Sequence record: MN794232.1
Reading direction: 5' to 3' (one strand)
Length of the DNA: 64,000 nucleotides
Positions 26,378-35,341 of this stretch are shown here, one piece after another (within the stretch, counting starts at the first letter, position 1; the number at the start of each line of letters is the position of its first letter). Under the pieces are notes generated by a model. The model saw only the letters and a list, made by a program, of their open reading frames with translations, made no database searches and had not been told where the DNA came from. The translations under genes and the position numbers were made by a program.

Positions 26378-26383
26378 TATTTA
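26378..26383 (-). promoter_or_regulatory. Late promoter core TAAATA
   Basis: On the - strand upstream of the structured leader and ORF 25711..26253. Confidence 0.5.
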
Positions 26384-26437
26384 GTGTTAGCTAGACACTC
26401 GTATAGCAATTATCTCTAAGAAAAGTAGAAAAAAATG

Positions 26438-26466
26438 TTGACTAAAGTGTAAAATATCCTTATCAT
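26438..26466 (+). promoter_or_regulatory. Early promoter
   Basis: TTGACT-17 bp-TATCAT. Confidence 0.7.
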
Positions 26467-26514
26467 AGTGTATATTCTAATGAAACGTACAAAAATACAA
26501 CAAAAGAGGTTAAC

Positions 26515-26931
26515 ATGACTCCAAAATCAATCATTCGTGCAGCAAATACTCGCGTGTCCGAGCTTCAAATCTTCAGTGGCGAGAACAGTACAGTCGTAGT
26601 TGGTGCACCGGGTAGTGGTAAAAACGCTATGCTGATGGGAATGCTCATGCAACGTGGTGTTGCTGACTGTACAATGATCGTTACAGAAATGCGTGCTGGT
26701 GACATGGCAGAGAAGCTAGGCACAGGTGCTCTTGTGGTCAATGGCGGTCTTGACCTCGAATCTCTTGTTGGTGCAGTTGCATTTGCGTGTACACAACCAC
26801 GTTCTGACATCTTTATCGAACAAGTGTCACCGATTCTCGGTCACAATATCGTTGAGATTCTAGAGTCAATCGCTAAGCCATTCAACAAGCGTATCTACGT
26901 CGGTATGCAAGCGTCACGTGGTGCTCTATGA
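26515..26931 (+). CDS. Small P-loop-containing protein
   Basis: VVVGAPGSGKN Walker-A-like motif; only 138 aa. Confidence 0.6.
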   Translation: MTPKSIIRAANTRVSELQIFSGENSTVVVGAPGSGKNAMLMGMLMQRGVADCTMIVTEMRAGDMAEKLGTGALVVNGGLDLESLVGAVAFACTQPRSDIFIEQVSPILGHNIVEILESIAKPFNKRIYVGMQASRGAL

Positions 26932-27203
26932 ACTTCTTTCAAATAAGCATGAATCTAGCGACTGATTCATCAATTAATCCAGACGAAGCGTGGGCTGATA
27001 AGCAATTGATTATTGCTTCTAGTCATGAAATGGCTCGAAAACTTGCCGACGCACGCGAGAAAGGTCGTCATGGTTGGCATGACCCTGATGTGTGCTCTAT
27101 CGACTATCTCTATGAGTTGCGCGATAAAGCACTTGAAGACAATGATCATGTCAGTGTGATGAACTACACTGCAATGATCGCTATGCGGGAGAGTGTACAA
27201 TGA
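26928..27203 (+). CDS. Hypothetical helical protein
   Basis: KLADAREKGRHGW...CS...DHVSVMNYTAM. Confidence 0.65.
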   Translation: MNFFQISMNLATDSSINPDEAWADKQLIIASSHEMARKLADAREKGRHGWHDPDVCSIDYLYELRDKALEDNDHVSVMNYTAMIAMRESVQ

Positions 27204-28240
27204 ACGTACTATTCACGAGTCTATTTGGCTCGAAACTATATGGCACAGACACGCCAGAGTCAGACACTGACTATAAAGCAGTCTATCTACCTGAGTTGCG
27301 AACGCTACTTCGTGGTGTTGCAATAAAGAACTCAGTGCATTCAACTGGCAAATCGTTCGAGAAGAACGGCGCAGACGATGAAGACTTCGAATACATCCCT
27401 GTTCAAGTGTTCATGCGCGACTTTCTCGGTGGTCAGTCATATGCAATCGAGTTAGCATTCAATGCACTACAGAACCCTGATGACTGTAAGCCAGAGTTCT
27501 ACAACATGTGTAAAGAAATGACTAGCAAGTATTTGACATCAAACGTCAAAGCAATGACTGGTTATGCGCTTAACCAAGCACAGAAGTACGGCATCAAAGG
27601 GACGCGACTGAACAGCCTTATGCAATTTGCACGTGCTATAGAGACGCACAACGTCGATTCTAAAGCGAAGTTAGGTTCAAGCCCTGAGTTGTGTAAGCAA
27701 CTATGGGAACTGTGTGCAGAAGACGCTCACGTGCGTTTTCAGTGGTATCATGGACCCAAGACTAAAGACGCAAGCGACTTGAAAGACCCTGCGTTCAGTG
27801 TGCTTGAGAAAGTATTCGGTCTTGAGATCACGTTTGAAGAAGCTGCCGGTCGTCTTGAGAAGATGATGAGCAAATACGGCGCTCGTGCATACCAAGCGCG
27901 TGCTGCAAGCGGCTCAGACTGGAAAGCAATCTCTCATGCTATGCGCGTGATCGATCAAGCAATCGACATACTGACAGTTGGTAAGCTTGAGTTTCCGTTG
28001 AAGCACGCTGCGTTCTATCGTGACGTGAAACAAGGTAAATACAAGTGGGAATACGTGTCTGAAGTGCTGCAAGAGCGCCTTGAATTGCTCGAAAAAGCAA
28101 AAGATACAACGTCACTTCCACATCACACGCCTGATTTGGTTGCGAGATTTTACATCTGGTACGATGATTACCTTGATGAGTTTTATTTCCCTTGTGAAAT
28201 GACTGATGAAGAAGTCAAACAAATGCTAGGCGCGTACTAG
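27200..28240 (+). CDS. Pol-beta-superfamily nucleotidyltransferase (RlaP/T4 NrdC.11-like)
   Basis: FGSKLYGTDTPESDTDYKAV (GS...DxD); DWKAISHAMRV. Confidence 0.8.
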   Translation: MNVLFTSLFGSKLYGTDTPESDTDYKAVYLPELRTLLRGVAIKNSVHSTGKSFEKNGADDEDFEYIPVQVFMRDFLGGQSYAIELAFNALQNPDDCKPEFYNMCKEMTSKYLTSNVKAMTGYALNQAQKYGIKGTRLNSLMQFARAIETHNVDSKAKLGSSPELCKQLWELCAEDAHVRFQWYHGPKTKDASDLKDPAFSVLEKVFGLEITFEEAAGRLEKMMSKYGARAYQARAASGSDWKAISHAMRVIDQAIDILTVGKLEFPLKHAAFYRDVKQGKYKWEYVSEVLQERLELLEKAKDTTSLPHHTPDLVARFYIWYDDYLDEFYFPCEMTDEEVKQMLGAY

Positions 28241-28241
28241 T

Positions 28242-28249
28242 TATAAATA
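28242..28249 (+). promoter_or_regulatory. T4-type late promoter
   Basis: Exact TATAAATA 25 nt upstream of 28275. Confidence 0.8.
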
Positions 28250-28274
28250 CGTTAAACAAACAAAGAGGTTTAAC

Positions 28275-28526
28275 ATGCAAGGTTTTAACGATTATTTCAA
28301 GAAAGGTGAAGTCAAGCTGCAAGAAACTGAACAAGAGTTTCACGAGCGCGTTGTCAAGCATCGTAAAGTAGATGACAAACGTTATCCAGACTTATCTAAG
28401 GCTGGACTAGAGGGTCCATACACTGACCTCAATGGGAAAGTGTATTACTATGACCCACGTGAAGGCATGTACTACGATCCAGACACTGACATTTACATCA
28501 CTGCAAAAGATTTACGTTTACCGTAA
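28275..28526 (+). CDS. Small late protein, possibly head-associated
   Basis: MQGFNDYF...LQE; GLEGPY...YYYDPREGMYYDPDTD. Confidence 0.7.
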   Translation: MQGFNDYFKKGEVKLQETEQEFHERVVKHRKVDDKRYPDLSKAGLEGPYTDLNGKVYYYDPREGMYYDPDTDIYITAKDLRLP

Positions 28527-28538
28527 CACAACGAACAC

Positions 28539-28562
28539 AAAGCGCCTACGGGCGCTTTTTTT
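28539..28562 (+). terminator. Intrinsic terminator with UACG loop
   Basis: AAAGCGCC-TACG-GGCGCTTT followed by a T-run. Confidence 0.85.
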
Positions 28563-28583
28563 ATGCACGGAAGGTTATTAACA

Positions 28584-28958
28584 ATGATGTCACCGAGAGT
28601 ACTCGTTTGCGGCGGTCGCAAATTTAATGATCGAAAACTTGTTTATGCTGCGCTCGACAAGCTATACAATAGCAATTATATCGGTCGAATGACTATTATC
28701 GAGGGCGGCGCATTAGGCGCGGATCGACTTGCGCAAGATTGGGCGAATCAAGCGCACATCGACGTTGACTTAATAACATGCGAAGCTGAATGGGAAAAGT
28801 ATGGCGACTCTGCGGGCTATCGACGCAACAAAGACATGGCTGATCTCAGACCAGACATTTGTTTGGCATTTAAAGGTGGTCGTGGCACTCAGAACATGAT
28901 AGACATCTGTCGAGAACGTTCAATCAAAGTGCATACAATCAATTGGAAATATAGATGA
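28584..28958 (+). CDS. SLOG-family protein (DUF2493/YspA-like)
   Basis: VLVCGGRKF, IEGGALGAD, AGYRRN, AFKGGRGT..M. Confidence 0.8.
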   Translation: MMSPRVLVCGGRKFNDRKLVYAALDKLYNSNYIGRMTIIEGGALGADRLAQDWANQAHIDVDLITCEAEWEKYGDSAGYRRNKDMADLRPDICLAFKGGRGTQNMIDICRERSIKVHTINWKYR

Positions 28959-28969
28959 GGAAAAGATAA

Positions 28970-30235
28970 GTGGGTTTAACTAATTGCCAACAAGGCGCTA
29001 TGGATGCATTTCTTGAATCAGACGGTCACATGACTATCTCTGGTCCCGCTGGCTCTGGTAAGACATTCTTGATGAAATCAATTCTCGAAGCTCTTGAGTC
29101 GAAAGGGAAGAATGTCACAATGGTGACACCAACTCACCAAGCAAAGAACGTACTGCATAAAGCAACTGGTCAAGAAGTCTCGACTATTCACAGTTTGCTG
29201 AAGATTCACCCAGACACATACGAAGATCAAAAGCACTTCACACAATCAGGCGAAGTTGAAGGCCTAGACGAAATCGACGTGCTTGTTGTCGAAGAAGCAA
29301 GTATGGTTGATGAAGAGCTATTTCAAATCACTGGTAGAACAATGCCACGCAAGTGTCGCATTCTAGCAGTTGGTGACAAATATCAGCTTCAGCCAGTTAA
29401 GCACGACCCTGGTGTTATCTCACCATTCTTCACTAAGTTCACTACGTTTGAAATGAATGAAGTCGTGCGACAAGCGAAAGACAATCCGTTGATTCAAGTC
29501 GCAACTGAAGTACGAAACGGTCAATGGCTACGCACTAACTGGTCGAAAGAACGTCGTCAAGGTGTGCTGCACGTGCCTAACGTGAACAAAATGCTAGACA
29601 CATACTTGAGCAAAGTGAACAGCCCTGAAGATCTGCTTGACTATCGCATTCTCGCGTACACAAACGATTGTGTTGATACGTTCAACGGCATCATTCGTGA
29701 ACACGTGTACAACACGTCAGAGCCATTCATTCCCGGTGAATATCTTGTGACTCAAATGCCAGTAATGGTTTCAAACGGCAAATATCCTGTTTGTGTCATT
29801 GAAAATGGTGAAGTTGTGAAAATTCTAGACGTTCGCCAGAAGACTATCGACGGGATGCTACCAAAAGTAGACAATGAAGCGTTTGATGTTGCTGTGCTGA
29901 CTGTTGAGAAAGAAGATGGCAACGTGTATGAGTTCACAGTACTGTGGGATGATCTACAGAAAGAGCGTTTCGCTCGTTACTTGTCTGTTGCTGCTGGTAC
30001 TTACAAGTCAATGCGTGGTAATACAAAGCGTTACTGGCGTGCTTTCTGGGGTTTGAAAGAGCAAATGATTGAAACTAAGTCTCTTGGTGCGTCAACTGTT
30101 CACAAATCGCAAGGTACAACTGTCAAAGGTGTGTGCTTGTACACTCAAGACATGGGATACGCTGAGCCAGAGATTCTACAGCAATTGGTCTACGTTGGGT
30201 TGACTCGACCTACTGATTGGGCATTATACAATTAA
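28970..30235 (+). CDS. dda: Dda-like SF1B DNA helicase
   Basis: GPAGSGKT, TPTHQA, VEEASM, VGDKYQLQPV, TVHKSQGTT, YVGLTR. Confidence 0.92.
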   Translation: MGLTNCQQGAMDAFLESDGHMTISGPAGSGKTFLMKSILEALESKGKNVTMVTPTHQAKNVLHKATGQEVSTIHSLLKIHPDTYEDQKHFTQSGEVEGLDEIDVLVVEEASMVDEELFQITGRTMPRKCRILAVGDKYQLQPVKHDPGVISPFFTKFTTFEMNEVVRQAKDNPLIQVATEVRNGQWLRTNWSKERRQGVLHVPNVNKMLDTYLSKVNSPEDLLDYRILAYTNDCVDTFNGIIREHVYNTSEPFIPGEYLVTQMPVMVSNGKYPVCVIENGEVVKILDVRQKTIDGMLPKVDNEAFDVAVLTVEKEDGNVYEFTVLWDDLQKERFARYLSVAAGTYKSMRGNTKRYWRAFWGLKEQMIETKSLGASTVHKSQGTTVKGVCLYTQDMGYAEPEILQQLVYVGLTRPTDWALYN

Positions 30236-30248
30236 TTTCAAAAAGTAG

Positions 30249-30277
30249 TTGACAGAGCGTGTGAGTGGCTGTAATAT
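30249..30277 (+). promoter_or_regulatory. Early promoter
   Basis: TTGACA-17 bp-TAATAT. Confidence 0.65.
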
Positions 30278-30313
30278 GTCACTCAACGCCTAACAAAACA
30301 AGAGAACAAAATC

Positions 30314-30643
30314 ATGAAATTTAAACTACCGACGTTTACACGACCTAACTGGCTCGACAACACAATCATTCTTGCTGAAGAAGCAAAATCACATCCGCGC
30401 ATCACTGCTGCTGTTCTTGTTGCTGTATTAGCAATGGGTTATGTGACTTACACTCGTGTGCCTGCAATTGCATCGTGTACGTGGACTGCTGTTGTTGATC
30501 AATCAGTGCCGTGGGACTTGTGGCGTCATAACATGTGGAACAACAACTGTCAGTACTACAATGGTACACGTTGGATTGCACTTGAAAAAGTCATGGACGT
30601 TGGTGCAGGTCACACTGAAGAGCTTGAGGATCTAGCACAATGA
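30314..30643 (+). CDS. Hypothetical membrane-anchored protein
   Basis: 109 aa; one TM segment. Confidence 0.7.
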   Translation: MKFKLPTFTRPNWLDNTIILAEEAKSHPRITAAVLVAVLAMGYVTYTRVPAIASCTWTAVVDQSVPWDLWRHNMWNNNCQYYNGTRWIALEKVMDVGAGHTEELEDLAQ

Positions 30644-30819
30644 TCTTAGCAACGGCTGAAGAAGTGCAAGAATACTTAGACAAAGCGCGTGCATGGTTAT
30701 GCACGCCGTCTGGTAGAATGTTCAATGATTGTAAGTCTGTTGCTCGTACTGCATACGCTGAAGCACTAGCAAATGTAGACGGTAAAACTATCTACAATCT
30801 GAGACAAACAGAAAATTAA
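30640..30819 (+). CDS. Hypothetical protein (59 aa)
   Basis: ATGA overlap; GAGG RBS. Confidence 0.6.
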   Translation: MILATAEEVQEYLDKARAWLCTPSGRMFNDCKSVARTAYAEALANVDGKTIYNLRQTEN

Positions 30820-30823
30820 CAAC

Positions 30824-30870
30824 ATATTCATATTATATTAATGAATATTATATTAATGAATATTATATAA
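30824..30870. repeat. AT-rich 15-bp tandem repeat with inverted repeat
   Basis: TATTATATTAATGAA x2 plus a partial unit; ATATTCAT...ATGAATAT inverted pair. Confidence 0.75.
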
Positions 30871-30901
30871 CATTTCGATAAATACAAGTGAGTGAAATAT
30901 A

Positions 30902-31663
30902 ATGAGTATTGCAACTACATCTGGTCATCGCTTTGGTATGCTTGTTGAATCAATTGCAACGGGCTTACGTGGTACTGTAATTGGTATCACACAATGTATC
31001 GCGGGGTGCGAACTGCTTGAAGTTCAGTCAAAAGACAACAAAGGCATCGCCCGAACACACGTTTTTAGCTCAAAACTGGTTGAAATTATCAATTCTGACC
31101 GTGTAGATGAGTACGAAGCTATCTTTGCCGAGACTAATACGACTATGCCGATTCGTCTTGGTGATGAAGTAGAAGACACAGTTTCAGAAGCGAAAGGGAT
31201 CGTAACTGAAATTCAATACTCAGTGAATGCAGCACCGAATGTGCTTTTGATCAAGCCATACTCAGAGCATGAAACGAATATTTATGCATCTGCGCGGGTC
31301 ATTAGCTGTAAGAAAACGGGTCACTCGATTCACGATAAGATCATCAACAATCGTTTAAAACGTGAGCGTGATGAGCTTAAAGTGGAGCTGCTGCAAAAAG
31401 CTCGATGCATGGCAACTGGCGCGACTGGCTTAGTCACTGCCATTTTCAATCAAGCTAGTGGAACAATCTCAGTTGGCATTCAGCCCGTGAGTAAAGAGGG
31501 ACGACTACTCGATACTCATTATACTGACATTGAATTAGTCGAAATCATCACTGAAGAAGCAAAGCAAATCGTTCAACCGAAAGAGACAAAGCTGAAGAAA
31601 AGTGGCTCACTGCGCTCTCATGAACTGTCTTCGCTGAAACGCAGTGGTATGCATACAGTGTAA
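30902..31663 (+). CDS. Protein with three tandem SH3/KOW-like repeats
   Basis: Three G..V....TG..G.V..I units; TAAATA at 30879. Confidence 0.65.
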   Translation: MSIATTSGHRFGMLVESIATGLRGTVIGITQCIAGCELLEVQSKDNKGIARTHVFSSKLVEIINSDRVDEYEAIFAETNTTMPIRLGDEVEDTVSEAKGIVTEIQYSVNAAPNVLLIKPYSEHETNIYASARVISCKKTGHSIHDKIINNRLKRERDELKVELLQKARCMATGATGLVTAIFNQASGTISVGIQPVSKEGRLLDTHYTDIELVEIITEEAKQIVQPKETKLKKSGSLRSHELSSLKRSGMHTV

Positions 31664-31726
31664 GAAAACAAACTCGCGTTACATATGTTGCACGTGTGCA
31701 GGTAATTTAGCACAAGGAAGCACATT

Positions 31727-32194
31727 ATGAAAATCGCATTGTTATTATTGACTGTGGCTTTACTGCCACAAATAGCGAACGCTCACGTTCATGACGATTG
31801 GATGACAGTTCACCGCGTGGATGTTCGCACTCATGAGCTAATACATACAGCAAGTACGACCTCAACCAATCATCTTGCTGTCCTCACAATTGACTGTGAT
31901 AAGTCAGTCACGTTATATGAAGCAAGAGACTATTTGATTGCCTCGAATCCGGATGACGTTTGGTATTCTATCGACGGGAATCCATATGTGCGAATCAAAA
32001 ACGATCAGCTTAAACATCAAGCGTCTGTTACTACCTTTGTCGGTAGTATCAAAGCGATTGAGACACTTAAAACAGGCAATGAACTCGAATATGTTGTTAA
32101 CAACAACGTTCGAGGAGTGAAATATTCGTATCACTTCAGTCTGAAAGGAATGAATGATGCATACGAAGCATTAGGTGAATTATGTAAGTGGTAA
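31727..32194 (+). CDS. Putative periplasmic protein
   Basis: Signal peptide ending ANA; 155 aa. Confidence 0.7.
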   Translation: MKIALLLLTVALLPQIANAHVHDDWMTVHRVDVRTHELIHTASTTSTNHLAVLTIDCDKSVTLYEARDYLIASNPDDVWYSIDGNPYVRIKNDQLKHQASVTTFVGSIKAIETLKTGNELEYVVNNNVRGVKYSYHFSLKGMNDAYEALGELCKW

Positions 32195-32198
32195 CACT

Positions 32199-32717
32199 AT
32201 GAAAATTATATTCTTGGATATTGACGGCGTTCTAAACAATGCTTTAGAAGCCGATGAGCACAAGGACGTGCTACTTAATGGTGAGTATCAGGGGATTTAT
32301 TCTCCTCGATGCGTAGACCGCTTAAACGATCTCGTTGAAATGACTGACGCACACATTGTCCTTACCAGTGTGTGGCGTTGTGGTCTGTCAATTGATGAGA
32401 TCAACACAATGCTTCGAGCCATGGGAGTCAACGCTGAATGCATTGGTAAAACCGATATGCTCGATCACAAATACTCATGGGCGTTTCGTGGCAATGAGAT
32501 TCTTAAATGGATTCATGACAACGAAGAGCTTATTGGTAAACGTAGATACGAGTATCGAAGCTATGTCATCTTAGATGATGACACTGATATGCTGTTATGG
32601 CAACGTCATAACTATGTAAACTGCGACCCTGAGATTGGCATGACTGATCGCGTGGTCGCAAAAGCTGCTGCAATACTGAATAACGCACCTTGTACCGATA
32701 CTGGTCAAGAGTTTTAA
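32199..32717 (+). CDS. HAD-family phosphatase (HAD_SAK_2-like)
   Basis: IFLDIDGVLN, IVLTSVWR, RGNEI, YVILDDD. Confidence 0.82.
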   Translation: MKIIFLDIDGVLNNALEADEHKDVLLNGEYQGIYSPRCVDRLNDLVEMTDAHIVLTSVWRCGLSIDEINTMLRAMGVNAECIGKTDMLDHKYSWAFRGNEILKWIHDNEELIGKRRYEYRSYVILDDDTDMLLWQRHNYVNCDPEIGMTDRVVAKAAAILNNAPCTDTGQEF

Positions 32718-32790
32718 AAGTAGTTGACACGCACAATAAAAGATGTAATAATCTAATCTCAATCAACAATGACAAAATGGGGAGCCCAAC

Positions 32791-33816
32791 ATGTCACACG
32801 CAATCTTTATCGGACGTTTTCGTCCATTCCACAACGGTCATCTATCTGCAATCACTCAAGCATTCGACGCGCTTGACTTAGATAAGATGACTATCCTAAT
32901 CGGTAGCTCTAACCGACATCGTTCAGTTAAAAACCCATTCGTGTTCGAAGAAGTACGCGATATGATGGGTGTTGCATTGCCTGATCACATTCGAGGCAAA
33001 GTTCGCTTTGTACCGCTTGGTGATTACGCGAAAGACGACGTTTGGCAGTCAAATGTTCGTTCTCGTGCAAGAGGCGCAACTCACATCGTTGGTTACGACA
33101 AAGACGAAAGCAGCTACTACCTCAAGCTATTCCCTGAGCTAAAGCTATTTCAACCTGAACCAGTGAAGATGTATAACAAAGTTATCTCTGCAACTGACTT
33201 CAGAGAACTGTACTTCAGCGAGATTTTACTGAATCACCCTGTAATGTCTGGTCTTATCCCTAAAGAAACGATGATGTTTCTTGATAACTGGAGCAAAACA
33301 GAGTTTTTCACTGAAATGAAAGCTGAATACGATAGCTCAGTGCGCGAAATCGAGAAGTTTAAAGACTATCCTTACCAAGGTCACTTGAATATCGCGTGTG
33401 CTGATAACGTTGTTACGTGTGCAGGTCATGTTCTTCTTGTTGAGCGTAAGTTCAACCCAGGCAAAGGCTGTTTAGCACTACCTGGCGGGCATAAGCATGA
33501 GAAAGAAACATTCTTAGATGCTGCGATTCGTGAACTGCAAGAAGAAACTAATATCAAAGTACCTGAAAAAGTACTGCGTGGCTCGCTTGTGGGTGGAAAG
33601 ATGTTCGATAATCCAAATCGCTCTTACCCTCACACTCGCATCACAATGGCATATCACTTGAAAGTGCAGCCAAACCCAGACAACACTTTCCCGAAAGTGA
33701 AACCTGCTGATGATGCTGTATCAGCGAAATGGTATCCACTGAGTGAAGTGCGCGACATGCAAGAACGTTTGTATGACGATCACTACCAAATCATTCAGTA
33801 TTTCACTGGCATCTAA
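32791..33816 (+). CDS. natV: Bifunctional NMN adenylyltransferase / Nudix hydrolase
   Basis: IGRFRPFHNGH; Nudix box GGHKHEKETFLDAAIRELQEET; DDA...W; 341 aa. Confidence 0.93.
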   Translation: MSHAIFIGRFRPFHNGHLSAITQAFDALDLDKMTILIGSSNRHRSVKNPFVFEEVRDMMGVALPDHIRGKVRFVPLGDYAKDDVWQSNVRSRARGATHIVGYDKDESSYYLKLFPELKLFQPEPVKMYNKVISATDFRELYFSEILLNHPVMSGLIPKETMMFLDNWSKTEFFTEMKAEYDSSVREIEKFKDYPYQGHLNIACADNVVTCAGHVLLVERKFNPGKGCLALPGGHKHEKETFLDAAIRELQEETNIKVPEKVLRGSLVGGKMFDNPNRSYPHTRITMAYHLKVQPNPDNTFPKVKPADDAVSAKWYPLSEVRDMQERLYDDHYQIIQYFTGI

Positions 33817-33821
33817 CTAAC

Positions 33822-33840
33822 GGGGCAGCAATGCCCCTTT
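33822..33840 (+). terminator. Hairpin terminator with GCAA loop
   Basis: GGGGCA-GCAA-TGCCCC followed by TTT. Confidence 0.65.
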
Positions 33841-33851
33841 GAGGAAATATT

Positions 33852-34127
33852 ATGAACATCAATCTGCTTATTCGCAATGAAGTGAAGAACAACACGAGTC
33901 GTTATGCTACGGCATACGACATCATGAACGACATGCTTGAGAAGTTCCCTCAAGCGCGTGCCTCTGCTGCGAAAAACGATGGAACAATGAAGAACAGCAC
34001 ACTGCGACGTGAAATCGCTCGTGCTCTTGATAACTCAAGCAACTGGAAAGCAATCGGCAAGACCGAGACTGGTCGTAAACTATACGAACGCTTACCTAAT
34101 GGCAATTCACTAGAGAACTTTGTATGA
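33852..34127 (+). CDS. Hypothetical protein
   Basis: 91 aa; GAGG RBS. Confidence 0.7.
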   Translation: MNINLLIRNEVKNNTSRYATAYDIMNDMLEKFPQARASAAKNDGTMKNSTLRREIARALDNSSNWKAIGKTETGRKLYERLPNGNSLENFV

Positions 34128-34750
34128 ACGCATATGACTTAGTAAGAAAAATGCAAAAGGTTGTTAACTCTTGCGAGACAATTGAACAACTACGTAATGC
34201 AAGAAAGTATCTCATGCGCTGTCAAGACTATGCACTAGATGGTGGCAATGACAATTACATCACTACTATCATGGTAGAAGTTGATGACTTAGATGAACGC
34301 ATTACCAATAAGATCGTTGAGTTGTCTGATACTCGTGGGATGATGGCTATCGAAACTGGCATTATCAAAGTCGGCATTGATATTCATGGCGTAATTGATC
34401 AATCACCAGAGTTCTTCGCGCTGTTAAGCAAACTACCAGTTGAAGTGCATATCATCACTGGCATTAAAGAAGAACTCGACACTGATGTACCAGATGACTT
34501 AGAGTACGATCACTGGTTCTCGATCCATCAAGAGTGTGAAGACCGCGGCGTTGAAATCAAATACGACGAGAAAGGTCGCCCATGGGTCGATGATGAAATC
34601 TGGAACAACATGAAAGCTGAATACTGTCAAGAGAACAACATCAATATCATGATTGATGACTCACCAACGTATGCTAAAACATTCGAAGGTCTTGATACTT
34701 TCTATCTACAACTAACCAATACTGTTCGTGATGAATGGAGACGCAAATGA
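34124..34750 (+). CDS. HAD-like protein with N-terminal extension
   Basis: VGIDIHGVID, IITG, K...C, IMIDDSP. Confidence 0.6.
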   Translation: MNAYDLVRKMQKVVNSCETIEQLRNARKYLMRCQDYALDGGNDNYITTIMVEVDDLDERITNKIVELSDTRGMMAIETGIIKVGIDIHGVIDQSPEFFALLSKLPVEVHIITGIKEELDTDVPDDLEYDHWFSIHQECEDRGVEIKYDEKGRPWVDDEIWNNMKAEYCQENNINIMIDDSPTYAKTFEGLDTFYLQLTNTVRDEWRRK

Positions 34751-34932
34751 AATCATTCGGCATTATAGACCGTGAAGGCAGACATCTACTTGAACTCGAT
34801 GTTGACAATGAACTAAAAGTCATGGCAATCTTCTCTGAAATTGAAGATGCTCATCGTGTGCTGTACAAATTTGGCTTTGATAAGCAAGGCTTTCGCGTAA
34901 TCGAACTTAAACCACTTGAGAAGAAAGTATGA
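34747..34932 (+). CDS. Hypothetical protein
   Basis: ATGA overlap. Confidence 0.6.
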   Translation: MKSFGIIDREGRHLLELDVDNELKVMAIFSEIEDAHRVLYKFGFDKQGFRVIELKPLEKKV

Positions 34933-35138
34933 ACGTAGCACATGTAATGTCACAACACGCATCAATCCAATATGCGCTGATTGAATATCTCAATGCAGAA
35001 TACGACGGCGAAGGTCATATCGAATATGCTGAATACTTCGAAGACATTCAAGCGTGGGAAGTTCAATACTATGATGGTGAATTCCTACACGAGCTAACCG
35101 TTACTGCACAAGCAATTGAGCAATGGATGAACAAATGA
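34929..35138 (+). CDS. Small acidic protein (paralogue set A)
   Basis: VMSQHASIQYALIEYL. Confidence 0.7.
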   Translation: MNVAHVMSQHASIQYALIEYLNAEYDGEGHIEYAEYFEDIQAWEVQYYDGEFLHELTVTAQAIEQWMNK

Positions 35139-35341
35139 TTGACCAAACAATGTCAGACTACAGTCGCATCATGAATGCAATCGAAGAATATTTGGACTTA
35201 CGTTCTTATCAATACACTGATGTCATTCAATATGATAAAGAACGTAAAGGCTTTGATGTCGCGATTGTTGAAGAAACTGAAAACGGATCCGAATACCTAG
35301 ATGTATTCGTGCCAAACGAAAGGCTAGAAACATTCCTATGA
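35135..35341 (+). CDS. Small acidic protein (paralogue set A)
   Basis: TMSDYSRIMNAIEEYL. Confidence 0.7.
   Translation: MIDQTMSDYSRIMNAIEEYLDLRSYQYTDVIQYDKERKGFDVAIVEETENGSEYLDVFVPNERLETFL

Noticed and set aside
26515-26931. DnaB or gp41 helicase
   Set aside because: Only 138 aa with a variant Walker A and no other recognisable helicase motifs.
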